The notes below the pieces were generated by a model, which searched no databases, had not been told where the DNA came from, and saw only the letters and a program-made list of their open reading frames with translations. A DNA stretch of 63,952 nt, the filler included, from Chrysochromulina tobinii (Eukaryota), in assembly GCA_001275005.1 (NCBI GenBank). It is 5 parts of 5 records of this genome, joined end to end, with 100 filler letters (N's around TTAATTAATTAA, not from the genome) between each part and the next. Parts side by side here need not be neighbours in the genome. Positions count along the whole stretch, not along the records: positions 39,012 to 61,558 come from JWZX01001432.1; 4 more parts are not named here. One strand, written 5' to 3'. The position numbers and the translations under genes are program-made. Position 1 is the stretch's first letter; each line of letters opens with the position of its first letter. Shown piece after piece: positions 41,226 to 52,200 of the stretch.

Positions 41226-44200
41226 ATGTCAGAACTTGCCACCACGAGTGTGCTTGTGCCCCCTATTGGCGCGGGACCTGAGACCAAGGCAAGGAGTCCG
41301 CGTGTCACCATCTTGGAGAGCCCTCGAGGGCCTGGCCTGTATTCAAGGACCCGCATCAGCTGCGACAGCCCTCGCCACAGCCCTGGTCTTAGCCTTCGTC
41401 GGCCCAGTGATCGGCCCAGCAAGGAAACTAACCTGAGCCCTGACAGCTCTTCCCCTCGGAGCAGGAGCCCTTCGCTCCAAAAGTTTGACCCTTTCAAGAG
41501 ATCGAAATCGCCAGTAACCCCAGCGGCCCAAGCGGCCCTTGCAAGCTTTGAAGTGGCGCACACTCCGGAGCTTGTGCGGGCTCAGTCTATGGCGAGAAGC
41601 ATGCTTGCAAGGAAGAAAGTCAAGGAGACCCTCTCTGCTCAAAAGTCCACATCCTCCTTCCGCGACCTGGACAGATTTTGCAATGCTACGAGGAAGGAGC
41701 TCTTAGAGCTCTTCGTCGAGCCGAACGTGCCTATACGCATTCGCGTCGCATACCCCCCGACAGGGCACGAGAGCCGGGCGGGCTCGTTTCAGATGATTGG
41801 ACCGCCGGCCAATCTTGCGACACTACTCTTGTCGTTTGGGCTCAAGCCAGACGCTGCGGCGCCACAGGGAGTCATTTCGCCCAAGTGCCAAGTGACTCTG
41901 CCCGACGAGATCAAGCTCGCCGTGGGAATTCCTCTCGCGGCGACGCACTTTGCCTTCCTCTACCCTTTGAGGCAGTTTAAGGATATGAACGTCTCGACCG
42001 GCATGAATCTCTCCGAAGAGATCTGGTGCTTCGCCCTCATCCTCGGCGGCTTCGCATACTTTGCGCACGACGGCGAAATCCTCGCCATCAATGCGATGAC
42101 CATCGTCCCCTCGGCGGTCGTCTTGCCCTTCATCGGCCCGTATGCGGTGAGCGCGCGTTCCTCGCTGAGCCTCATGAAGCACAAGCGCCTCACACACGTC
42201 ACCGTGCACGGGCTCCTTGACGTGGGCTTCAAGCGTCTTGCTTGGGTGCATCCGGGCGAGCAGCTAGATGTCGAGCACCCGAGCACCGAAGACGAGCACC
42301 ACGGCGGCCATCCGCACGGAGGCTTCGTGTACGAGATGAGCGACGGGCGGGTCGTGCTATTCAGCCTTGTGGCCAACGTGGGGGCACTCAAGGAGGACGA
42401 GATCAACCGCAACGGCGCCTTTGTGAAGGCGTTCATCAGCGTGCGAAAGCTGTTTGTCGACTCGGTGGACCATCACGAGATGCTCAAGGCCAACCGGTTC
42501 CTCTTCCGGCGTCTGCTCCGCGAGCTTGGAAAGCTGACGGTCATCCTAGGCATCTATTTTGGAGTGAGCTGTGCCTTCTTCTGCCCTGTCCAGAAGTGGA
42601 CTGCCCTCGAGGCCATCTACTTTGCATCCGTCACCGCTTCGACAGTGGGGTATGGCGATCTCGTCCCAACCGAATACTGGGCGGCGCGGGCCATCACGAT
42701 CGTCATGATCTTTGTGGGAGTCCTCGTCATCCTACCATCCTTGTCCGCGGTGATGACGCTCGCCCTCAAGCAGCTCTCGTACGAAAAGTGGGTTCGCAAG
42801 CTGACTCGGGCAGCCAGCTCACTATCCAGCTCACTCTTCAGACGTAAGGCCCCCATTCTCGTCCGTCAAGAAAAGTCAGTCCAAGATCTTCTTGCTGGGA
42901 TTCCGGCGCGAGGGAAACCCAAGCCGAAGCTTAAGCCGAAGCTTGCTCGAAGCCCTCGAAGCCCGGCTTCGAGCACGAACAAGCTTCGGCTTCCTCTGCG
43001 ATCTCCGCATGACGAGGAGAAGGGGACGCCGATCAAGCCGAGGCTTGTTCGGCGTCCAACCCTCGAGGAAAAGGAGAAGGCGGTGCGGCTTGACGCGACC
43101 GGGCGCGCGCTCCTGGAGTCCAGCTGGCGTTTCTATCCGAAGAACCTGGCGCCCTCGCTCTTCCTCAATGTGGTGCTGCAGCTCTGCTCCGCGTATTTCT
43201 TCGTGCTCATCGAGAGGTGGGATTACGGCACCGCCCTTTATCATTGCCTCGTGACCGCCTCCACAGTTGGCTATGGCGACGTCCGTATCAACACCACGGA
43301 AGGGCGCTCGTGGGCGGTCGTTCACGTCCTCTTGTCGTGCGCGCTGCTCGGCAGCACCATCGAGATCTTTGATGACCTGCGCTTGGAGCGCATCAAAGAG
43401 TCAAAGATGATCGCGGCCCTCAACCAGCAGCTCACGCCTACGCTCCTAAAGCGCATCGAGATCCACTCTGCGGCGCTGCGCCCCGACGTGCGACGCGACG
43501 CGGCGGGCGTGACCGAGCTTGAGTTTGTCATCAGCATGGCCATCGAGCTTGGAATGGTCGACCTGAAGCAGCTGCAGCCCTTCATTGAGCAGTTCCGGCT
43601 TCTCGATGTGCAGGGCGATGGGCGCGTCGGCATGACCGACCTCAACGCGCTGGTGGCGCTTAATGAGGCCATTAGGAAGGGCTCGGGCGCCGATTCCATT
43701 CGGTCGATGAATGATCTGCTACTCAAGAAGAAGCACCAAAGTGAAGGCGACGTGACTTGGTGCTCGGCCAGCAGCACAAGGGGCAAAAGGGGCTATGCCC
43801 AAGAAGGCCATTGGGGCAAGAAGGTCGCTGCCCATCTAGGGAGCACAGGTCTCAGAGCCCCGCCTCCGAAGAAAGCCGACAAGGTGCTCTTTGGGAGTTC
43901 CCTCGTGGCCATGTGGATAGCCCGTCGTAACCGACGAATCCGCGAGAATCACCGCGAGAGCACGTCGAGTAAGGTTCACCCAGGTCCCACCGCTTCACCA
44001 GGACCACTGCCATCGCCGACATCATCTTCTCGCAATCTTTTGCCTCGCTTCAATATCTCTCCGACATCATCTTCTCGCAATCTTTTGCCTCGCTTCAACA
44101 TCTCTCCGACATCATCTTCTCGCAATCTTGTGCACTCTCCTACCTTGCACCCGCAAGTGCCTCCTCTATTTCCACCCGTTATTCCACTTGTGGACCCAGC

Positions 44201-44795
44201 CGAGGATTCAGCGGAGGGCGTTGGAATTGCACCTCACGTTCCCGCGCTTTCGATCCCAGCCTGCCGGCCATCCGACGCAGCAACAGGTGGCGGACCGTGG
44301 GGTCAAACGTCAAAACGGTGGTCTCCAACCTTGTCTCGAGAGACATCGGAGCCATCGCCACGTCCAGTAACATCAGCGAGAGTGGTGACCGTTGGTAGCC
44401 CAACCCCAATGCCGCCGTCGCCCGCCGTCGCAGTGGCGCCCGCCGTCGAGGGCCTGGACGACGGGCACGCGTATGTACGGGTGCCGCTCGCTTTACCCGC
44501 ACGTTCACCGCTCGCGCCCGAGGCGGCGCACAGCGCCGGCCACGCCCAGCCTTCGGTGCGTAATTCGATGTGCGAGGGCCAGACACGCCGGCACGCCGAC
44601 GAGGCGACACCTCTGCCAGAGACGTCGCCACGTTGGGCGCAGGTGTCGCCACGTCGGTCCGCGGAGGAGGTAACTCGCGAGTTGCCTCGCGAGCCGCCCG
44701 AGGACACGGTGCTTAACCTTGGCGCCGAGTCTGCCTTTTCGAACGAGCTCGATGGCTCTGTAGCTCATGCTACTGTGCCAGTACAAGACATGTAG
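41226..44795 (+). CDS. Two-pore-domain (TPK/KCO-like) potassium channel with C-terminal EF-hand-like motifs, intronless
   Basis: Two pore loops YFASVTASTVGYGD and YHCLVTASTVGYGD, each flanked by TM helices; FRLLDVQGDGRVGMTDL EF-hand; start taken as ATG 41226. Confidence 0.88.
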   Translation: MSELATTSVLVPPIGAGPETKARSPRVTILESPRGPGLYSRTRISCDSPRHSPGLSLRRPSDRPSKETNLSPDSSSPRSRSPSLQKFDPFKRSKSPVTPAAQAALASFEVAHTPELVRAQSMARSMLARKKVKETLSAQKSTSSFRDLDRFCNATRKELLELFVEPNVPIRIRVAYPPTGHESRAGSFQMIGPPANLATLLLSFGLKPDAAAPQGVISPKCQVTLPDEIKLAVGIPLAATHFAFLYPLRQFKDMNVSTGMNLSEEIWCFALILGGFAYFAHDGEILAINAMTIVPSAVVLPFIGPYAVSARSSLSLMKHKRLTHVTVHGLLDVGFKRLAWVHPGEQLDVEHPSTEDEHHGGHPHGGFVYEMSDGRVVLFSLVANVGALKEDEINRNGAFVKAFISVRKLFVDSVDHHEMLKANRFLFRRLLRELGKLTVILGIYFGVSCAFFCPVQKWTALEAIYFASVTASTVGYGDLVPTEYWAARAITIVMIFVGVLVILPSLSAVMTLALKQLSYEKWVRKLTRAASSLSSSLFRRKAPILVRQEKSVQDLLAGIPARGKPKPKLKPKLARSPRSPASSTNKLRLPLRSPHDEEKGTPIKPRLVRRPTLEEKEKAVRLDATGRALLESSWRFYPKNLAPSLFLNVVLQLCSAYFFVLIERWDYGTALYHCLVTASTVGYGDVRINTTEGRSWAVVHVLLSCALLGSTIEIFDDLRLERIKESKMIAALNQQLTPTLLKRIEIHSAALRPDVRRDAAGVTELEFVISMAIELGMVDLKQLQPFIEQFRLLDVQGDGRVGMTDLNALVALNEAIRKGSGADSIRSMNDLLLKKKHQSEGDVTWCSASSTRGKRGYAQEGHWGKKVAAHLGSTGLRAPPPKKADKVLFGSSLVAMWIARRNRRIRENHRESTSSKVHPGPTASPGPLPSPTSSSRNLLPRFNISPTSSSRNLLPRFNISPTSSSRNLVHSPTLHPQVPPLFPPVIPLVDPAEDSAEGVGIAPHVPALSIPACRPSDAATGGGPWGQTSKRWSPTLSRETSEPSPRPVTSARVVTVGSPTPMPPSPAVAVAPAVEGLDDGHAYVRVPLALPARSPLAPEAAHSAGHAQPSVRNSMCEGQTRRHADEATPLPETSPRWAQVSPRRSAEEVTRELPREPPEDTVLNLGAESAFSNELDGSVAHATVPVQDM

Positions 44796-44968
44796 CACAG
44801 CATACTTATTTGCATTTACATGTACTCGGTAGTCGGTAGTTGTCACGACGGGCGGTACAAGACATGTAGCACAGCATACTTATTTGCATGTACATGTACT
44901 CGGTAGTCGGTAGTTTTTACGACGGGCAGTACAGGACTTTTACGACGGGCAGTACAGGACATGTAGCG
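44781..44968. repeat. 74-bp imperfect tandem duplication spanning the K+ channel stop codon
   Basis: GTACAAGACATGTAGCACAGCATACTTATTTGCAT... occurs twice, followed by shorter GTACAGGAC restarts. Confidence 0.85.
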
Positions 44969-45059
44969 CTCCTACAAGTAGTCGGTGGGATCACAAATTC
45001 ACACACACATTCACACACATTCCCTGGGCGAGCGGAATCGTGGCGCTTCTGGTGCTGGG

Positions 45060-45707
45060 ATGTCGACGTCCGTCGTCGACGAGCGTGATTCAGACGGACG
45101 GACTGCGCTACACCGTGCGGCAGCGGCGGGGCGCTTGGATCTTGTCGAGGATGCGATAAAGCGCGGAGCAGCCACCGACACCAAGGATGATGGTGGCTGG
45201 CGGCCGTTGCACTCGGCGGCCTCAGCTGGACACACGGAAGTGGTCGCCTTTCTTCTGGGTCCAAGCGGCGGCGATATCGAGGTCAACAGCCGGGTGGACG
45301 GATCCGGCTCGACTGCACTCATTTTTGCCGCGTCCAAGGGCCACGCCGACGTGTTGCGCGTGCTGATCGAAGCAAAGGCGGACCTGCTTGCGCGTGACGC
45401 GTCCAAAGCGACCGCGTTGCATCGCGCCGCTGGTCGTGGGCACGCCCTCATCATACCGATACTCATAAATGCCATGCGTCACCACGCTGGCACCATCGAG
45501 GAGCGCGACGGCAACGGCCAGACGGCCTTCCATGTCGCGTGTACCATGGAGGAATGGAATGCGTGCATCGCACTCGCGGAGGCGGGCGCCGACATCACGA
45601 CGGTGGATAACGAAGGCAACGCAGCAGCCATGTTGCTCTCGCCGAGCCTGCGCAACCAACTCGGGCTCGTGGAGAAGGAAGCGGAAGGCGAGGCGATGCA
45701 GGAGTAG
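45060..45707 (+). CDS. Ankyrin-repeat protein, gankyrin/PSMD10 (Nas6)-like
   Basis: Consecutive ANK motifs DGRTALHRAA, GWRPLHSAASAG, GSTALIFAASKG, ATALHRAAGRG, GQTAFHVAC; ~215 aa. Confidence 0.85.
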   Translation: MSTSVVDERDSDGRTALHRAAAAGRLDLVEDAIKRGAATDTKDDGGWRPLHSAASAGHTEVVAFLLGPSGGDIEVNSRVDGSGSTALIFAASKGHADVLRVLIEAKADLLARDASKATALHRAAGRGHALIIPILINAMRHHAGTIEERDGNGQTAFHVACTMEEWNACIALAEAGADITTVDNEGNAAAMLLSPSLRNQLGLVEKEAEGEAMQE

Positions 45708-46224
45708 GCGCGGGCCAATCTTACCGTCCTACCGTCCTACTTCCTACTGGCGATCGCGCAATCGGGCGGCGGTGGAGGGGTCTTGTGGTTCGGGCGCGCG
45801 TGTTGGCGGATGCGGGTGCTTCCAAAAGTACCGGTAACAATCGACACAAGTCTCCCACTCCGAACACCTTATCGGGGCGGACCCACCCCCCCGCCTCCCT
45901 CGTCCCTGTCGGGTTGGTTTCACACCAGACACATAGCGAGGCGCTCCCCTCTCGCCTGTGGCGTCTGAGCGACAAGCCAGGAGATCTCACCTCCTTAGCG
46001 GCGCCCAGCTTGCTGGCCTCCTGCCAGTAGTCACCGGGCGCGCTCGCATGAGGCCATGAGCGCCATAGATGAGAATCGCAGTACTTTGTCGACCCGTTTG
46101 AACTTTTCACACATGGTCGAAAGACGCGCGACAATAGAGACCACGTAATGGCAAATAAACGTGATCGTGAGCGCGGCTCGAGAGTTCGTCTAAACGCGCC
46201 CGGCGCGACGCGTGTGTCGGCAAC

Positions 46225-49200
46225 ATGGCGTCAGCCACGGCGGCTTCGGCTGCTGGTCCTGTGACATCAGCAGCTGCTGCTGCACTGCTCAGCAATGATG
46301 GCCCGGCCTGGCAGGCGGCCGCTGCCGTGCTCATCGGCCAAGTGCTCACGGGCGACCCTCGGTACAAGTCGGTGGCCGCGATTGGCGATATCCGGCGTGC
46401 GGCAGCCTCGAGCGCAACAGCCCGCAGTTTGCTTGTCGGCAGCACTGCGTTAGTGACGGGTCTCGCTGGTGTGCTGCGGCCGCTTACCGATCGGTCATGC
46501 TACCAGCTGAGCCATCAGCTGCCATCAGCTGAGACCATGGCTGCCGCCGAGGTTGCTGAAGCTGTCGTGTGGCTCTTTGGCTGGCTGCTGCCCGTTCCGC
46601 AGAACGCGGCGGTGCTGCACGTGCGCGGCGACGCCGCGCTGCTGCTACGGATGTCGCGCCAGGGCGCCACTCGCGGGCTGCGCCATGCGGCCCTCGTCGC
46701 GTACACGATCCTTCACGTCGCCGACGGCTCGGCGACGGACGTCGCCTCAGCCATCGAGGCTCTCATCGCGTCGACGAGAGAGGGCATCGCGCTCGTGAGG
46801 GCGCGCGTGGCGGGCGCCGACACAAATGATGCGTCGTGGCGTGTTGTCAGCTGCCTGAGCGCCTTGTGGCACCTGCTCGGAGGTCGGAGCATGCCCCATC
46901 CCGACGGCATCAGGCGGGATGTGAGCGCGCCTAGTTCGGTGTTGGCGATTTCGTCACTCCGGCGCGCGGCGCGCGAGGCCTTTGAGCGGGCCGATGGGCT
47001 GCTGCGCCTCAAGGAGCTCATCGGTGCGCTCGACGCCGCATTCATTGGCGACGCCATCGATGCGTCTTCCGCTTCCCCATCCGCCGCGCAGGCCACCGCG
47101 CAGGCCGCGGCGCATTCACAAGCGCATTCACAAGCGCATTCACAAGCGCAGGCACAAGCGCAGGCACAAGCGCAGGCACAAGCGCAGGCACAAGCGCAGG
47201 CGGAGGCGCTCTGGCTCTTGCGTGCGGCGCTGCGAGTGCTCGGCGCGTCGGTGCGCTCGGAGCCCGAGCTGGCAGCGCGCTCGTGGGCGTTCTTGGGCGG
47301 CACCGAGGGGGTCGTCGCCCTCTTGGGCGGCTGCGGCTTGCTGCACAGTGGGCACGCGATCTCCGTGCTCGAGGAGATCCTCGAGCTCACCTCGGGATCG
47401 GAGGCGCAGCTCTGGGCAGCGGCGGCGGTTGTGCTGCGCCTGCTGCCGCGGCTGCTTCGTGACGTGGCGGCGGCAGCCTCACTCCTCGAGGCAGTCGAAC
47501 GACGAGCGCTGAGCAGCGAGGCTACTGCGGTGCAGCTCTCCCGCGCTGGCTTGCTCTGCGCGGCCGTCCACCTCCTACGTCAGTTGTGGAAGGGCATCGA
47601 TGCGTCGTCTTGGGCGGATCGCGTGCACGATGCAGCAGCGGACGACGAGTCGGCTGCCAACGAGGAGCCGCGCCCGAGTGCAGCCGTGCCCGAGCACGTC
47701 GCGGCCGGTGCAGCGTCGCGTCCAGTTTCGTCAGCTTCGGCGGGCTCGCCACTGCTGCGCACGCTGCTGCGCTTGACGGTGCGCCTGGCGCGTGCGTGGA
47801 GCTCGCCGCAGGAGGTGCGGCTGCTGCTGCAGGCGGCGGCGGGCGCCGACGACGTCGCAGCTGGGGCTGACGGAGCGGCCAGCCCGTCGTCAGTGCGCTG
47901 GCTCGCCCTGCTCGTCGCGGCGACCCGTCCCGTAGGCCCATCCCTCCCCTACATGCACCTCTCGCCGCCCGACGAGAGGGCTTCCAAACATGGATTGGTG
48001 GCCGAGACGGCGCTCCTGAAGGTGGGGATGCTCGAGCGTGCGTGGCCACCCGCGGCGGGCTATAGCGCGGGCGCGTGGGTGCGTCGGCCCCCGCTCCCAT
48101 CCGGCGCTCAAGGTGGCGCTCAAGGTGGCGGCTCGTATGTGGACGAGCCGCCTTTTGCGCTCTTCGCGTTTGAGACGGCCGATGGGAGGAGCCGTGTCGT
48201 CTGTGAACTACATGCTGCGGCAGGTGGGAGTGCAAGCCTGACGCTGGTGACGGGCTCGAGCGCGAAGACGATGCGTAAGGGCGTCGCGCTGCCGTTGGTG
48301 CCCGGCAACTGGCATCACGTGTGCCTCGTGCATGAGCGGCGTCGACCTCTCAACGCGTCCCCGCTCGTTGTCTACGTCGACGGCGTCGCGCACTTCCGCG
48401 GTACCTTTCAGTTCCCTCCGTTTGACTGCTGCCACTCCGTCGACGCCAAGGTGGGCTATGTCAACGCGGATGAGCTCGGCGGCGGCGGCGGCGGCGGCGG
48501 CGACGGCGAGGGCGGCGGCGAGGGCGGCGGCGAGGGCGGCGGCGGCGGTGAGGGGGGCAGAGGCGGCGCACGCGCCCTGGGATGGCACCTCGGCCCCCTC
48601 TTCGTCGCGGAGGTGTTGCTGAGCGACGCGCAGGTGCGTGAGGCGTGTGCGATGGGGTGCTCGCCGCCCTGGGTGCTTCCACAGCTCGGTGAAACGCAGA
48701 TCGACGAGCTGCGAGTCGAGATCATGACGTGCTGGTTGCAGTCGGCGATGGCCACGTCAGCGGCGGCCATCGAAGCGGCCGTGAGCTCGAGTGGTGGCGG
48801 CACAGTAGAGAGCCACGAGCTTCGGATTCCGCCCGCCAAGATCCTGATGCTGCTCAACGGCCACTTTGACGAAACGCCATTTGACCAGAGGGAGCCGGCG
48901 CGCGTGCGCCCGCGCAGCCTGCCGCAGTCCCTCGCGGCGGCGGGTGGCCCCGCAGCGCTCTTGATGGTGGTCCGCCACGCCAACGACACACGGAGTCTGG
49001 TGCTCGCCCTGCGTCTCGTGGGCCACTTCCTCACGCTGCATCCGCTCAACGTGCGCGCGCCTGATGACGGACGAGCATGTTCTGATGATGACCTCTGACG
49101 ACCTCTGATATGACGCCCTTGATTGCCTCCCTCATCAGTTGCGCCTGATGACGGACGAGCATGCGGACTTTGGGTTGCGCTTCCTCTTACGCGCCAAAGC

Positions 49201-52200
49201 GCAGCCCTTGCTCGCCGAGGCGCTCTGCGACGCGTTGCTCGAGCTCTGCTGCAAGCAGCACCCACGCACCGCCGCGGCCGCGCGCGCGTTTGACGAAGCC
49301 CTTGAGGGCCTTGCGGCGTCCGCGGGCGCGCTGGCTGACGAAACGGACGAGCTCGCTGAGCACCTGCTCGCCGTGCACATCTCGCCCACATCTCGCGAGC
49401 ATCAGCCGGTACTCGCCAACCGCTCACTGCTCAAGGTGCAGCCGCTCGATAGCGCGCTCTGATGACCTCTGATGACCTCCGATGACGCCATGGATTGCCT
49501 CCCTCATCAGGTGCTGCTGCTCGATAGCGCGCTCTGGGCGCGCGCGACGCCCAAGGCGCAGCGCCACTGGCTGCAGCGGCTGCATGGGCTGCTGTCGGAG
49601 GACGAGGTGGGCACCTCCAATGCCAGCTACCTTGTGGATGCCGGCATGCTCGACAGCATGATGACGCTGCTGGCTTCGGGTCGGCTGCTCGCGGGTGGAT
49701 GCCATCTGCTGGCTGCGCGGCTCGTGCTGCGTACGTGGCACTCAGTCCAGTTCTCGATGGAGGTGACGCGGCGAGTGCATGACTTCCTCGCGGCCACCGC
49801 CCGCCCGCAGCATGCGGACGTGCAGCTGCTCTGCGTGCGCATGCTCGCGCGCATGGTGGAGCACGCGAGCACTTCGCTCGGGGAGGTGGTTTCGTCACGC
49901 GCCGCCGCGAGCGCTGCCACGCGCGCCGTGGTGGCCACGCCGGCGGCAGCCGGCGAGCCGGCGCCGCCGGCCGAGTCTGCGGGCGTACACGCGGGCGCGA
50001 GGGCGGTGCTGGCGGTACTCCAGCCGCCGCTGCTCCTCTCGTTTCTGCAGCCCGAGCACGGCGGACACAACAAGGTTCTCGTCGCGGCGGTCATGCGCTT
50101 GATCGTCAATCTGCTGCTGCTCTCGCAACGGTACCCGGAGCATGTCACCTTTGCGAAGCAGATGGGCGAGTCCCGAGGGTTTGAGAAGCTCTTCGGCGTT
50201 CTCCCGTTGCATGCGGGGGTACCGGACGTGTACCTATCCCTCCTCGCGCTCGCCACCAGCCAGACGCTCGACACGGTGGAGAACAAGGCGCCGCCAGAGA
50301 CGGCGGAGCAGCTGGCCGAGGCCTGTGCGCTGCTCCAGCTCACCTGATGACCTCTGATGACCTCGGATGGCCTCTGATGACCTCAGATGACCTCAGATGA
50401 CCTCTGATGACATCTGATGGCCTCTGATGGCCTCTGATGGCCTCTGATGACATCTGATGGCCTCTGATGGCCTCTGATGACCTCTGATGACCTCTGATGA
50501 CATCTGATGGCCTCTGATGGCCTCTGATGACCTCTGATGACCTCTGATGGCCTCCCTCATCAGGTGCGCTGCTCCTCGCCACGCCCTCCGCCTCGCCCTC
50601 GACGCCCCGACGCCCCAGCATCTCGTCGCCGCTCGGCACGGCGCTCGGCTTGCCCCAGGGCGCTCTCGCGCGCGCCGCCGCCGAGGCAGCGGCGCGGCTG
50701 CAGCAGCGTGCGAGCGGCAGCAGCAGCAGCAGCAGCGGCGCAGCCAGTGGCACGCCAAGCGCTCGGGACGTCGCCGAGGATGGCGCGGCTCCGGCGATTG
50801 AGTGGATCCCGATCAGCCTCGGATTGATAGCCGTCATGTGCCGTGAAGCCCTTCGCACCAAGCGCGCCCCTCCGAGCACGAGCGCCGCATCGAGCGGCTC
50901 GACGAGGGACGAGGGCGCCGTACCGAGCGCCGCCGACGGCTTTGAACTCGTGGGTGCCGAGGCGACGTCCACGGAGCTCACCGTGAGCAGCAGCAGCAGC
51001 AGCAGCAGCAGCCGCGAGGGTGAGGCAGCTGGCACACCAACGGTCGACCGCGCCGTCCCGGTCGACCGCGGCGGCGGCGGCGGCGGCGGCAGCAGCAGCG
51101 GCAGCACGGCCGCTGGGGTGTCGAGCGCACACATGGAACGCGAGCAGGCGGCGGCGAGCGCGTTGCATCTCTTTGTGGCGGTGCTGCCCTCGCTCCGAAC
51201 ACTCGTGATGACCTCTGATGACTCCTGATGACCTCTAATGACGCCCTTGATTGCCTCCCTCATCAGGTGTTGCCCTCGCTCCGAACACTCGTGATGACGG
51301 CGTCCATCTTCGAAGGGGTTCTCCTATCTCCCGCCTCCGAGCTCCTAGGCCGCCTGTGTGCCTCGCTCGGTGCTGTGTGGCTGAGCACCTCCGCCTCGGG
51401 CGCCGCCGCCTCGTACGCTGTCACCGCCGTTCCCTCGTCCGCGCATTCGGGCAGCGCGCGCGCGCTGCCGAGCGCCGTGCCGAGCGCCACGACCGCCCCG
51501 ACCGACCAAGGTGGCAGCGCCGTACTGGGCAGCTCGACACCGCGCCCATCGACGGACGTGGTCAAGGCAACGGTCGAAGGGGACGCGGCGCTGGATGCCC
51601 TCGTGGAGATGCTCAGTACGGCGCTGCTCGATGTGCCGTCGACGCTCGTCTCAAGCGCCGGCCAGACGAGCCTCGATCTGCTCATGGATCCGCTCCCCTC
51701 CCTCGCTCATTCACGGATCGCCTTTGACGTGTGGCTGCGCTTCCGCTGTCTGCTGATTCGAAAGCTCTTCAGTGCGCTGCACCAGGGGCTGATGAGTCGT
51801 TCGGGACCCTTGACGGAGGCGCATGCAAAGGCGCTTGCGCTCCTCTACCGGCGTGTCCTCCGGTTGCAAGCGATCGTGATCCACCCCGTGGACGCGGCGA
51901 CGCCATCTCCCTCGAGCTCCTCGATATCTTCTTCGATCTCATCGAGCACCCCCGACGCTGCCACGTCGAGCACAAGAGACGTCACGTCCCCGGCTGGCTC
52001 TGCTGACGCGCCGCCTCCACCGCCACCAGTGCCCCCAGCACACTCAGCACCCCCGCCGCCCCTGCCGCCTCCACCGACGGCGCCACGGGCACCGCAGGCC
52101 CCAGATCAGGCCTCAGAACAGGCCACTGATCTGCTGCCGCACGCGGAGATGCTCGCCGTCGTCCTCATCCTGCTCGAGCGCGGTGTGGGCGATGAGCGGC

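Larger units (their letters stand above)
18612..51266. repeat. Dispersed 3'-splice-site cassette family B ((CCTCTGATGA)n...GAT[T/G]GCCTCCCTCATCAG), ~10 intron-terminal copies
   Basis: Ends introns at 18612, 20096, 22436, 22914 (-) and 30589, 31027, 49138, 49510, 50563, 51266 (+); variants at 23302 and 33493. Confidence 0.9.
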
